A stretch of 64,000 nucleotides of DNA, from NCBI GenBank assembly GCA_036504675.1, contig DASXUT010000147.1, forward strand, positions 10,545 through 74,544, given 5' to 3'. The DNA is from Bacillota bacterium (lineage in GTDB: Bacteria > Bacillota > Sulfobacillia > JAJYWN01 > JAJZPE01). The position numbers were made by a program, and so were the translations under genes. Shown here in pieces: positions 19,485 to 28,174 of this stretch (positions are counted from its first letter, which is position 1; each line of letters begins with the position of its first letter). The notes under the pieces are model-generated. The model did no database searches. It was not told the DNA's origin and saw nothing but the letters and a program-made list of their open reading frames with translations.

Positions 19485-20225
19485 CTACTGGTGCGAGACC
19501 ATGATCCGGGTCAACCGGGCCGACGTTACCGGGGGCAGCGCGGCCATGATCCTGGCCGCCTGCTTCTCGTCCATCTTGGTGAGGATGGACACCAGAAGCT
19601 CGTCGTCGAGCCGCTCGGCCACCGCCGCCGCCTCGGTCGGCTTCATCGCCGCCCAGAGCCTGGCCAGCTTGTCAACGGTGTTCTTGGTCCCCTGGAGCTG
19701 GGTCTCGAGTTGGGTCAGGGCAGCTTCCCTTTGGGCCAGGAGCTTCTCCTTGTCGGCCAGCTCCTTGGCCTTGGCCTCGGCGGCGGCCTGGGCTTCCTGG
19801 AGAGCCGCCTCCCTGGCCGCCAGGTCCGCCTGGTCCTGGCTCAGCTTCTGGCGGTCGGCTGCGGTCGGGTCGACCTTGGCGGTCTTCGGTGCGAAGACCC
19901 TGCCCACCACCGGGAGCTTGGCCATGGCCGCCTTGGCCTTGGGGTTGGCGGAGACGATGAAGAATGAACCGACGGCGGCGGCGAGCCCGAGGACGAAGAT
20001 GACGAGGAGGATGGCCATCGGGGAGGTCCGGCCCTTGCCCTTGCCGCCCTTGCCCGCGGCGTCCTGGGCGCCCTTCTTCGTGTCCTTCCCTTTGCCCTTC
20101 CCTTTGCCCTTGCCTCTGTCCTCTTCCTCCAGGTCCACCGGACCTTGGGGGTCGAGGTCATCGAGCAGCGACTTCCTGGGCATCCGCGTCATCACCTCCG
20201 CTCCGACCGGGTTCTCGCGGCCCAC
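19485..20225 (-). CDS. MgtE-N-domain flagellar protein (B. subtilis YlxF-like), KG-repeat N-terminus, coiled coil
   Basis: LLVSILTKMDEKQAARIMAALPPVTSARLTRIM MgtE_N-like C-terminus; position between fliJ and fliK. Confidence 0.55.
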   Translation of the reverse strand: MGRENPVGAEVMTRMPRKSLLDDLDPQGPVDLEEEDRGKGKGKGKGKDTKKGAQDAAGKGGKGKGRTSPMAILLVIFVLGLAAAVGSFFIVSANPKAKAAMAKLPVVGRVFAPKTAKVDPTAADRQKLSQDQADLAAREAALQEAQAAAEAKAKELADKEKLLAQREAALTQLETQLQGTKNTVDKLARLWAAMKPTEAAAVAERLDDELLVSILTKMDEKQAARIMAALPPVTSARLTRIMVSHQ

Positions 20226-20276
20226 TTCCGGGGCCGGCTACGGGCCCGCTTTCGCCGCCTCGAGTTCCTCCGGCGC

Positions 20277-20729
20277 TCAGGCCGAGGTCCGTCTCCGGCC
20301 GGCGGCCTGCCCGCCGACCTCGTCCAGGACCTTCTGCTCCTCGGCCAGGGACTGACGGCGGTAGTCCGCCTCGCGCCGATCCCTCAGGTTCTCGAGGGTC
20401 TTCCGCTTCTTCCTCACTTCCAGCAGGGCCGCCAGCTTGCGGGCGGTCACTTCGGCCGCCCGTTCGACCGCTTGGCGCTGGAGTTCGCGGTCGCCGTTCA
20501 GCTTCTTGAGGAAGTCGCGGTATTTCTTGATTTCGGTCACGCTCGCCGGCCGGCGTTCCAGCTCCCGGGCGCCGGCCAGGACCTTGATGATGTTCTTCTC
20601 GATCTCCAGGAGCCGCCTCTTCTCGTCCTCCTCCCGCCGCCTGGCCTCGGCCAGTTCGGCTTCGGCCTGCTTCTCGCGGGAGAGGGTGAGGTTCAGGACC
20701 TTCTCCAGACGGAACTTGAAGCGGTTCAC
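20277..20729 (-). CDS. fliJ: flagellar export chaperone FliJ
   Basis: 150 aa coiled-coil, position after fliI. Confidence 0.75.
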   Translation of the reverse strand: MNRFKFRLEKVLNLTLSREKQAEAELAEARRREEDEKRRLLEIEKNIIKVLAGARELERRPASVTEIKKYRDFLKKLNGDRELQRQAVERAAEVTARKLAALLEVRKKRKTLENLRDRREADYRRQSLAEEQKVLDEVGGQAAGRRRTSA

Positions 20730-20741
20730 GGGTCAGCCTCC

Positions 20742-22112
20742 TTATCCGGCCGCCCCTCCGGCCGCCTGGCGCCCCAGTTCCAAAAGGCGTCCGCGGATGG
20801 AGGCGAAGCCCTCCAGTTCGTTCACGTCCTGTCTGAGGAAGGCCCGGACCGGTTCGATCAGCCGCTTGGCCCGGTCGATATTGGGGTTCGAGCCGTCGAC
20901 GTAGGCGCCGATGTTGATCAGGTCGGACGCGTCCTGGTAGGTCGAGAGGATTTTCCTGACCTCCGAGGCCGCGTCGCGGTGCTCCTTCGGGACGACCTCG
21001 GTCATCAACCGGCTGACGCTCCCGAGGATGTCGATGGCCGGGTAGAGGTTCTGGGCGGCGATAGCCCGGGAGAGGAGGATGTGTCCGTCGAGGATGCCGC
21101 GGACCGTGTCGGTCACCGGTTCGGTGATGTCGTCGCCGTCCACCAGGACGCTGTAGAACCCGGTGATACTGCCCCGCTTGGCCGTCCCCGAGCGTTCCAG
21201 GAGCTTCGGGAGGAGGGAGAAGACCGACGGGGTGTAGCCTCTGGTGGCCGGCGGTTCCCCGATGGCCAGACCGACCTCCCGTTGGGCCATGGCGAAGCGG
21301 GTGACCGAATCCATCATCAGGAGGACATCCAGCCCGCCGTCGCGGAAGAACTCGGCGACGGCCGTGGCCACGAAGGCCGCCTTGATCCGGACCAGGGCCG
21401 GTTGATCCGAGGTGGCGACGATGACCACCGAGCGTTTGAGGCCCTCCGGGCCGAGGTCCTTCTCCAGGAAATCGCGGACCTCTCGGCCGCGCTCCCCGAC
21501 CAGGGCCACCACGCTGACGTCGGCCTCGGTGTTGCGGGCGATCATCCCGAGGAGGGTGCTCTTGCCCACCCCGCTGCCGGCGAAGATCCCCAGGCGCTGG
21601 CCCTTGCCGCAGGTCAGGAGACCGTCGATGGCCCGCACGCCGACCGCCAGGTGATCCTTAATCCGCGGCCGGTCGAGCGGCTTGGGCGGGGCGTTGTGGA
21701 CCGCGTAGTGGGCCTCCACTTCGACCGGCCCCTGGCCGTCGATGGGCCGCCCAAGCCCGTCCACCACCCGTCCGAGGAGGGACCGCCCGACCTCGACCCT
21801 CAGGGGCTCACCGGTGGCCACCACCTCGCACCCGGGGCCGATGCCGCCCATCTCGCCAAGGGGCATCAGGAGGACCCGTTCGTTGCGGAAGCCGACCACC
21901 TCGGCCGGGATCGGCTCGACGCTTCCTCTTGGGAAGAGGTGGCAGAGCTCTCCGACGTTGACCCCGGGGCCGTCCGATTCGATGGTCAACCCGATGACCT
22001 GGGTCACCCGCCCGTTGAGGGCCAGGACGTCGGTGTTGTCAAGGACCTTCAGGTACCGCTCGGCCTGGAACAGCTTGGCTTCGCCGGCCGGCCGCGTCGA
22101 GCTACTTCTCAC
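20742..22112 (-). CDS. fliI: flagellum-specific ATP synthase FliI
   Basis: Walker A GSGVGKST, F1-ATPase beta-like fold, 456 aa. Confidence 0.95.
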   Translation of the reverse strand: MRSSSTRPAGEAKLFQAERYLKVLDNTDVLALNGRVTQVIGLTIESDGPGVNVGELCHLFPRGSVEPIPAEVVGFRNERVLLMPLGEMGGIGPGCEVVATGEPLRVEVGRSLLGRVVDGLGRPIDGQGPVEVEAHYAVHNAPPKPLDRPRIKDHLAVGVRAIDGLLTCGKGQRLGIFAGSGVGKSTLLGMIARNTEADVSVVALVGERGREVRDFLEKDLGPEGLKRSVVIVATSDQPALVRIKAAFVATAVAEFFRDGGLDVLLMMDSVTRFAMAQREVGLAIGEPPATRGYTPSVFSLLPKLLERSGTAKRGSITGFYSVLVDGDDITEPVTDTVRGILDGHILLSRAIAAQNLYPAIDILGSVSRLMTEVVPKEHRDAASEVRKILSTYQDASDLINIGAYVDGSNPNIDRAKRLIEPVRAFLRQDVNELEGFASIRGRLLELGRQAAGGAAG

Positions 22113-22842
22113 CGTTCATCACGTCCCGGAGGGTTTTCTCAGCCCGGGCCAGTTGCCGGTCCAACCGGGCGTCCACGCTGCCCCTGGGGCAATCGATGAC
22201 ACAGCCTCCAGGTTCGATGGTCGGGTCCTCGGTGATGGTCAGCTTCTTCGCCCCCCGGGCGATGGCCCGCAGCTCCTGGCTCCTCTCGTCGAGGGCGACA
22301 GCGTCGCGCGGGTGGGTCCGGATGGTCAGCTCTTCCTCGTCGCGGACCTTTTTCATCCCGTCGAGGGCGGCTCGGAAGGCCATCTCCGGGTCGGACTCGG
22401 CGGTCTCCCTGACGATCCGCCGGGCCACCGCCAGGGCCAGGCGGATGATCTCCGGACCGGCCTGGGCGACAACCTCGTCTCGCTCGGCCCTGGCCCCGTC
22501 GAGGACCTTCTGGGCCTCGTCGATGAGCTTCTGGCTGTCCGCCTTGGCGGCCTGGAAGGCCTCTTCGCGGCCCCGGGTCAGCCCCTCTTGGTAGGCCGCT
22601 TCGCTGATAGCGGCGGCCCCCTCGCGGGCCTCGGCGACTATCTTCCCGGCCTTCTCCTGGGCTTGGTCGACCAGGTGGGCGGCCGCTGCCTCGCCGGCGA
22701 CCGCCCCGCCCTCTACGGTGACGGCGCTCGCCGGCAGGTGGACGGCGGCCATGTCCGACGTGATGGCGATCTCGCGGCCATCGGTGCCGTCGCGGACGAG
22801 GACCTTGACCGACGACCCGGCAATCGAGACCAACCTGGGCAT
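22102..22842 (-). CDS. fliH: flagellar assembly protein FliH (start placed at internal Met to avoid 59-nt overlap with fliG; track ORF extends to 22932)
   Basis: FliH-like C-terminal region; AGAAGG SD before internal ATG located just after fliG stop. Confidence 0.7.
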   Translation of the reverse strand: MPRLVSIAGSSVKVLVRDGTDGREIAITSDMAAVHLPASAVTVEGGAVAGEAAAAHLVDQAQEKAGKIVAEAREGAAAISEAAYQEGLTRGREEAFQAAKADSQKLIDEAQKVLDGARAERDEVVAQAGPEIIRLALAVARRIVRETAESDPEMAFRAALDGMKKVRDEEELTIRTHPRDAVALDERSQELRAIARGAKKLTITEDPTIEPGGCVIDCPRGSVDARLDRQLARAEKTLRDVMNGEK

Positions 22843-22873
22843 TCCGCTGTATAACCTTCTGGCCTTGATAATC

Positions 22874-23890
22874 CTAGACGACAAGCTCGTCACCTCCGCC
22901 GCGAGCGACCACGAGTTCGCCTTCCTCTTCAAGCTTGCGGATGATGTTGACGATCTTCTGTTGCGCCTCCTCGACCGACCTCAGGCGGACCGGTCCGAGG
23001 TATTCCATGCTCTCGGAGAGGTTGTCCACAGCCCGCTTGGAAATGTTCTTGAAGATCTTGTTCTTGACGTCCTCGGAAGCCACCTTAAGGGCCAGGGGCA
23101 AGTCTTTGGAGATGTCCACCTCGCGGAGGACCCGCTGGATGGAGCGGTCGTCGAGGAGGATGATGTCCTCGAAGACAAACATCTTCTTCTTGATCTCCTC
23201 GGCCAGTTCAGGGTCCTGGACCTCGAGGGTCTCGATGATCGACTTTTCGGTGCTGCGGTCGACGAAGTTGAGGACGCCGACCACCGTATCCACCCCGCCG
23301 GCGGCCGCGAAATCCTGGGTCATCAGCGAGGAGAGCTTGCGTTCGAGGACCTTCTCGACCTCGCGGAGGATCTCCGGGGAGGTCCGGTCCATGGTCGCGA
23401 TCCGCCGGGCCACGTCGGCCTGGCGCTCCGGCGACAACGACTGGAGGATGACCGAAGCCTGCTGGGGGCTGAGGTAGGCCATGATCAAGGCGACCGTCTG
23501 CGAGCTCTCCCCCTGGATGAAGTTGAGCAGCTGGCTCGGGTCGGTCTTGCGGATCAGGTCGAACGGCCGGACCTGGAGGGTCGTCGTCAGGCGATGGAGG
23601 ATGTCGACAGCCTTCTGGGTCCCGAGGGCCTTGTCGAGGATCTCACGAGCGTAGTCGATGCCCCCCTGGTCGATGTACTCCTGGGCCGTGCAGAGGGCGT
23701 GGAATTCGTCGATGACCTTCTCGCGGGCCTCATAAGGGATTTTCTTGAGGCTGGCGATCTCCAGGGTGAGCTGCTCGATGTCCTCCTCGCCGAGGTACTT
23801 GAGGACCTTGGCCGAGTTCTCGGTGCCCAGGGCGATCAGGAGGATGGCCGCTTTTTGTTTTCCGCTCAGTCCGCCTGCCGCTCTGGCCAC
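22874..23890 (-). CDS. fliG: flagellar motor switch protein FliG
   Basis: 338 aa; armadillo repeats, C-terminal torque helix region. Confidence 0.95.
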   Translation of the reverse strand: MARAAGGLSGKQKAAILLIALGTENSAKVLKYLGEEDIEQLTLEIASLKKIPYEAREKVIDEFHALCTAQEYIDQGGIDYAREILDKALGTQKAVDILHRLTTTLQVRPFDLIRKTDPSQLLNFIQGESSQTVALIMAYLSPQQASVILQSLSPERQADVARRIATMDRTSPEILREVEKVLERKLSSLMTQDFAAAGGVDTVVGVLNFVDRSTEKSIIETLEVQDPELAEEIKKKMFVFEDIILLDDRSIQRVLREVDISKDLPLALKVASEDVKNKIFKNISKRAVDNLSESMEYLGPVRLRSVEEAQQKIVNIIRKLEEEGELVVARGGGDELVV

Positions 23891-23912
23891 GTGGTCTCTC
23901 CCTTTCTCCTCG

Positions 23913-25463
23913 TCAGTCCTCGGTCAACCAGGTCTTCAGGACCTTGGCGAACTCGTCGGGCTTCTTCTTGGCCAGCTGGTCGACTTGCTCCCGCAGCCGG
24001 CGTCGCTCGACCTCCTCGGGAGGCAACTCCTCCTGGCCGATCTCGGCGATGACCTGGGCCCGCCGTTCCTCACTGGTGAAGACGTCGCTGAGGATCTCCT
24101 CGCGCTTCTTGCCGCCGCCGAAGAGGATCCGCCAGAGGATGAAGCCCACCACCGCCGCCAGGAGGATCCGGATCGCCAGGGAGACCCACTGGTTCTGCTT
24201 CTTCGCCTTGGACATGTCGGCGGCGACGGCCTCGGCCATGCTCGTGTCGAACTTGATCCCGCTGACCATGATCTGGTCGTTGCGGGTGGAATCCAGACCG
24301 ATCGCCGCCCGGACCGTGTCCTCGATGGCCTTCTGGTCCTTCGCCTGAAGGTCGCGGTTGATCACCACGGCCACCGACAGGCGCTTGACGGTCCCGGGGG
24401 CGACGACGATGTGTTCCTTGATGTTGTTGATCTCATATGTCCGGGTGCTGGTCGTCTTATCCGAGGAGGACTGGTCCGTACCGCTGCCGGCGGCATAGCC
24501 AGGCACGTTCGAGCTGGTCCCGGCCGCGCCGCTGGCCCCCTGGGTCGAGCCGGTCATGTTCTCCTCGAGTTCCTGGATGGACCGGATGATCCCGGTCTCG
24601 TTGACCACCGGCTCGAAGAGGTCCTTGTCCACGACCTTCTGGTCGAAGTTCATCTCGGCGGTCACCCTGGCAACCACCTGGCCGGGCCCGATGACCTGCT
24701 CCAAGAGACCCTGAACGCTCTTCTCCAGGTCCTTCTGGAACTTTTTCTGGACCTCCAGGAGGCCGGTGGAGACTCTGTCCGGGGTCTCCGCGCCGCCCAG
24801 GTCGGCTGAGAGCAGGTAGCCGTGGACGTCGATGACCGAGACGTCCTCCGCCTTGAGCCCCTCGACGCTGCGCGAGATAAGGTTGACGATCCCCTGGATC
24901 TGACTCTTGTCGAGGGTCACGCCCGGCTTGACCTTGAGGAAGACGGCCGCCGTGGCCGGCTTGGCCATGGTCACGAAGTAGCTCTGCTCCGGCAGGACGA
25001 TGTGGACCCTGGCCTCCTCGACCTCGGCGACCTGGGTGATGGTCCGGGTCAACTCGCCCTGGAGGGCCCGGATGTAGTTCACCCGCCGCTCGAAGTCGGT
25101 CGCCCCGAGTTGGGTCTTGTCGATGATCTCGAAGCCGACCACGCCGCCGCTGGGCAACCCGGCGCTGGCCAGGGCCAGGCGGGTCGAGTAGACGTCCTTG
25201 GCCGGGACCTGGATGGTGGTCCCGCCGTCGGTCAGCTTGTGCGGGGTCTTGTCGGAATCGAGCTGCTTGACGATGGCCGCCGCGTCCTGGGCCGTGAGGC
25301 TCGAGAAGACCGTGGCGTACTGCGGTCCGCGGGCGTAGACAGCGCTCCAGATAGCGAGGGTCAGGACGGCGACCAAAGCCGCGGCGATCACCAAAGACCG
25401 CTGGCGGCCGGTGAGCCGGGCCCACGTACTGGCTATCTGGCGTCGGATCGCGTTGAAGTCCAA
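23913..25463 (-). CDS. fliF: flagellar MS-ring protein FliF (TTG start)
   Basis: 516 aa; rc of 25461-25463 is TTG preceded by GGAGGTG SD; two TM + periplasmic ring domains. Confidence 0.9.
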   Translation of the reverse strand: MDFNAIRRQIASTWARLTGRQRSLVIAAALVAVLTLAIWSAVYARGPQYATVFSSLTAQDAAAIVKQLDSDKTPHKLTDGGTTIQVPAKDVYSTRLALASAGLPSGGVVGFEIIDKTQLGATDFERRVNYIRALQGELTRTITQVAEVEEARVHIVLPEQSYFVTMAKPATAAVFLKVKPGVTLDKSQIQGIVNLISRSVEGLKAEDVSVIDVHGYLLSADLGGAETPDRVSTGLLEVQKKFQKDLEKSVQGLLEQVIGPGQVVARVTAEMNFDQKVVDKDLFEPVVNETGIIRSIQELEENMTGSTQGASGAAGTSSNVPGYAAGSGTDQSSSDKTTSTRTYEINNIKEHIVVAPGTVKRLSVAVVINRDLQAKDQKAIEDTVRAAIGLDSTRNDQIMVSGIKFDTSMAEAVAADMSKAKKQNQWVSLAIRILLAAVVGFILWRILFGGGKKREEILSDVFTSEERRAQVIAEIGQEELPPEEVERRRLREQVDQLAKKKPDEFAKVLKTWLTED

Positions 25464-25727
25464 GGACTACACCTCCGGACCTGGGGCGGGGCTGGTCGGG
25501 GCGGGGCCAGGGACAGGTCCATGGGGACACAAAAAGGGGGACGATAGCGCCGGGTTTCCCGCTGCCTCCGAGCCCCTTTCACAGGGCGCCGAAGGCACGG
25601 GAATAACCTCCATGTCTCGAGGAGCCGTCATGGCCCCAGCCGCCATCCTTGGCGTCGCTTGACCCGGGGTTAATCCCCCTGGTGGACTGGATATGGGAGC
25701 TTACTGCGGTCGGCGGAGCGAGGGCCT

Positions 25728-26051
25728 TTACACCGGCATCCTCATTACTTCCTGGTAGGCCTCGATGACCTTGTTGCGGACCTGGATGGCGAGCTGCAGG
25801 GCCAGGTCGGCCTTCTCGGTCAAGATCATCACCTGGTGCAAGTCGGTGACGTTCCCGGCGGCCAGGTCCAGCCCGGCCTGCTCCGATTGCAGCTGGAGCT
25901 GATTCACGTCACCGACGGCCTGCTTGAGGAGGTCGGCGAAGGAGTTTCCCTCCGGCGTCGTCCCGCCGAGCGAGGCCCCGGCGTTGGCCGCCCCGGTCGC
26001 CCCGGTTCCGACCAGGCCGGCCGGCCTGGGCAGGGTCAGATCGATCTTCAC
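25728..26051 (-). CDS. fliE: flagellar hook-basal body protein FliE
   Basis: 107 aa; C-terminal LHQVMILTEKADLALQLAIQVRNKVIEAYQEVMRM. Confidence 0.85.
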   Translation of the reverse strand: MKIDLTLPRPAGLVGTGATGAANAGASLGGTTPEGNSFADLLKQAVGDVNQLQLQSEQAGLDLAAGNVTDLHQVMILTEKADLALQLAIQVRNKVIEAYQEVMRMPV

Positions 26052-26069
26052 CGTCGGCCCCCCCTTCTA

Positions 26070-26543
26070 CTAACCTCGACCGATTTCGAGGGCCCGGAGG
26101 GCCATCGACTTGGCCGAGTTGATCGCCGTCACGTTGGCTTCGTACGCCCTGGTCGCCTCGATCATGTCGACCATCTCGGTGACCACGTTGACATTGGGGA
26201 GGCTCACGTAGCCGTTCTCGTCGGCGTCGGGGTGGCCGGGTTCATACTTGAGCTTCGATGGGGTGGGGTCTTCGACGATGGAGGCCACCCGGACCCCCCC
26301 GCCGACTGTCCCCGCGGCCTCCGTCCCGGTGCCGGCCGCGCGTCTCTGGGCGGCCGACCCGAGATACCTGGAGAAGAGGCTCGGCCCGCGCTGTTCCATC
26401 ACGGCCACCTGCCGCCGGTATGGCCCGCCCTGCTCGGTGCGGGTGGTGTTGGCGTTGGCCAGGTTCGAGGCGATCAGGTCGAGCCGCAGGCGCTGGGCGG
26501 TCAAGCCCGAGGCGCTGATGTCCATCGCTCCGAAGAGTCGCAT
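26070..26543 (-). CDS. flgC: flagellar basal-body rod protein FlgC
   Basis: SASGLTAQRLRLDLIASNLANANT rod N-terminus; 157 aa. Confidence 0.9.
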   Translation of the reverse strand: MRLFGAMDISASGLTAQRLRLDLIASNLANANTTRTEQGGPYRRQVAVMEQRGPSLFSRYLGSAAQRRAAGTGTEAAGTVGGGVRVASIVEDPTPSKLKYEPGHPDADENGYVSLPNVNVVTEMVDMIEATRAYEANVTAINSAKSMALRALEIGRG

Positions 26544-26546
26544 CGC

Positions 26547-26930
26547 TTAGCGCCTCCCCTCGGTGATGGCCGACCTGAGCAGAGCGAACTGGCTGGAGAT
26601 CTGCTTGACCAGGGCGTCGTAGTAAATGGTGTTCTCGGCCAGCTTGGTCATTTCCGCGTCGACATCGACGTTGTTGCCGTCCTGGCGCGTCGAGGTGGTG
26701 CTGTCGGTGACGACTTTGGGTTGCCAACCATCCCCGGCCGAGCCGTTCGATGACCGCCTGCTCTCCTCAGCGAGGAGGCCTTCGAAGGAGACGTCGGAGC
26801 GCTTGAACCCCGGCGTGTCGACGTTGGCCAGGTTGTCGGCGAGGACCGTGTTCCGCAGGGAGGAGGCATTCAGCCCCCGCTCCAGGAACTTGACCACTTC
26901 TGGGAAGATCGCCTTGGATATCACCGTCAT
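26547..26930 (-). CDS. flgB: flagellar basal-body rod protein FlgB (start at second ATG with AAGGAGGG SD)
   Basis: LADNLANVDTPGFKRSDVSFEGLL; first gene of the operon. Confidence 0.85.
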   Translation of the reverse strand: MTVISKAIFPEVVKFLERGLNASSLRNTVLADNLANVDTPGFKRSDVSFEGLLAEESRRSSNGSAGDGWQPKVVTDSTTSTRQDGNNVDVDAEMTKLAENTIYYDALVKQISSQFALLRSAITEGRR

Positions 26931-27077
26931 CCCTCCTTGGGCCACCGGCCGGGCGTCCTTGCCCGACCCAACCTGGGGGCCGAGAAAACTCTTCGTCTCC
27001 AGCTAAACTCTTTCGACCTCGGGTCCGATACTGAGAGCAGGAGACCAGCGCTCTCGGTCCTGGTGAAAAGACCCGAC

Positions 27078-27117
27078 AAAAAAACCTGTCCTTTGGCGCC
27101 AGGCGCCGAAGGACAGG
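27078..27117 (-). terminator. intrinsic terminator = expression platform of the riboswitch: 16-bp stem (CCUGUCCUUCGGCGCC/GGCGCCAAAGGACAGG) + U7
   Basis: read directly: plus 27085-27117 perfect inverted repeat (one G.U), A7 on plus = U7 on minus transcript, about 150 nt upstream of flgB. Confidence 0.7.
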
Positions 27118-27149
27118 TAAAGGCGACTAAAAACAGCCTTCCCCCGTGT

Positions 27150-27250
27150 TTACCTCCGGCAACCCGGCCATCGACTACGGTTCCACCGTGCCGACCCGTG
27201 GCTTTGCGTCCCCACCTTGCGATGGGTTTGCCTTGAAAACGGAGCTTTCG
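27150..27250 (-). promoter_or_regulatory. c-di-GMP-I (GEMM) riboswitch aptamer in flgB leader
   Basis: minus transcript ...AAGGCAAACC CAUC-GCAA-GGUG GGGACGCAAAGCCACGGGUCGGCACGGUGGAACCGUAGUCGAUGG...: the two hallmark conserved blocks (GGCAAACC; GGGACGCAAAGCC-ACGGG) flanking a GNRA (GCAA)-capped hairpin, then a second hairpin, as in Vc2/Cd1. Confidence 0.7.
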
Positions 27251-27383
27251 GGTTTCGACATTTCTGTCGGTACTTTGTCAGATACGCCACCCTGCTGGAA
27301 ACTCCTTCTTCCAAAGGAAAATTTTTTTGGATTTCTCCCCCCTTTTCACTTTTCCCCCCAGCTAGGGACGGTTCCAGTGGCCC

Positions 27384-27441
27384 CTCGCGGGGCCTTCCCG
27401 CGGCCCCTGCTAGCCCATGCTAGCAGGGGTTTTGTTCTTTC
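27384..27441 (+). terminator. plus-orientation terminator-like element: GGCCCCTCGCGGGGCC hairpin, then CCCCTGCTAGC-CCAT-GCTAGCAGGGG hairpin followed by TTTTGTTCTTTC
   Basis: read directly; in minus orientation it is A-run + hairpin (not a terminator). Sits between endonuclease III-like gene stop and the riboswitch promoter region. Confidence 0.4.
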
Positions 27442-27457
27442 TAAAGGGGTCCTTCGC

Positions 27458-28174
27458 TTATGCCCGCGGCGGCGCCACCTTGTCAGGGGTCCCATCTTGT
27501 CGGCAAAGGCCGGCCAGCGGGCACTCGCCGCACCCGGGCCTGGACTTGAGACAGATACGGTGACCGAGTCGGTCGATGAGGGCGTGGAACTCGTTGAACA
27601 GGCCGAGGTCGGCCGGCAGATGACCGTGGAAGAAGGCCTGCACTTCATGGTAACGCGGAGACCGAAAGGTCTCCGGCCAATGGCCGAGCCGCCCGAAGAC
27701 CCGGTAGGTGTAGGCATCGACGACGAAGGAGGGCAGGCCGACGGCATAGACCAGGATCGAGTCGGCCGTCTCCGGCCCGATCCCATACACGCCGAGCAGC
27801 TCGGGGCGGAGCTCGGCGAGCGGCCGGTCGGCCATGGCCTCGACCCGCCCGCCGTAGCCCTCGACCAGGTGCCGGGACAAGGCTTGGAGCTTACGGGCCT
27901 TGACCCGGTAGTAGCCGGCCGGCCGGATCAGTTCAGCCAGGGCATCGCCGTCGGCGGCGGCCAGGGCCGCCGGGTTCAGCAGACCGGCCGCGTCCAGGCT
28001 GGCGATGGCCTTTTCGACGTTGCGCCAGGCCACAGCCTGGGTCAGGATGGCGCCGACGGCCACCTCGAAGGGGGTCCTGGCCGGCCACCAGTGACGCGGA
28101 CCGAAGCGGGCCAAGAGGTGGTCGTAGACCTCGGTCAGGGCGGGGGGCCGGACGGGGCGGCCGCGCCCGCTCAC
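27458..28174 (-). CDS. endonuclease III-like HhH-GPD DNA glycosylase with C-terminal 4Fe-4S cluster loop (GTG start)
   Basis: HhH motif LLGVYGIGPETADSIL, Cys ligands CLKSRPGCGECPLAGLC (C-X7-C-X2-C-X5-C). Confidence 0.8.
   Translation of the reverse strand: MSGRGRPVRPPALTEVYDHLLARFGPRHWWPARTPFEVAVGAILTQAVAWRNVEKAIASLDAAGLLNPAALAAADGDALAELIRPAGYYRVKARKLQALSRHLVEGYGGRVEAMADRPLAELRPELLGVYGIGPETADSILVYAVGLPSFVVDAYTYRVFGRLGHWPETFRSPRYHEVQAFFHGHLPADLGLFNEFHALIDRLGHRICLKSRPGCGECPLAGLCRQDGTPDKVAPPRA

Noticed and set aside
25464-25640. 57-aa ORF (MAAGAMTAPRDMEVIPVPSAP...) inside the fliE-fliF spacer, ending exactly at fliF's SD
   Set aside because: Third-codon positions are not GC-biased like every real gene here; Pro-rich; more likely non-coding structured RNA
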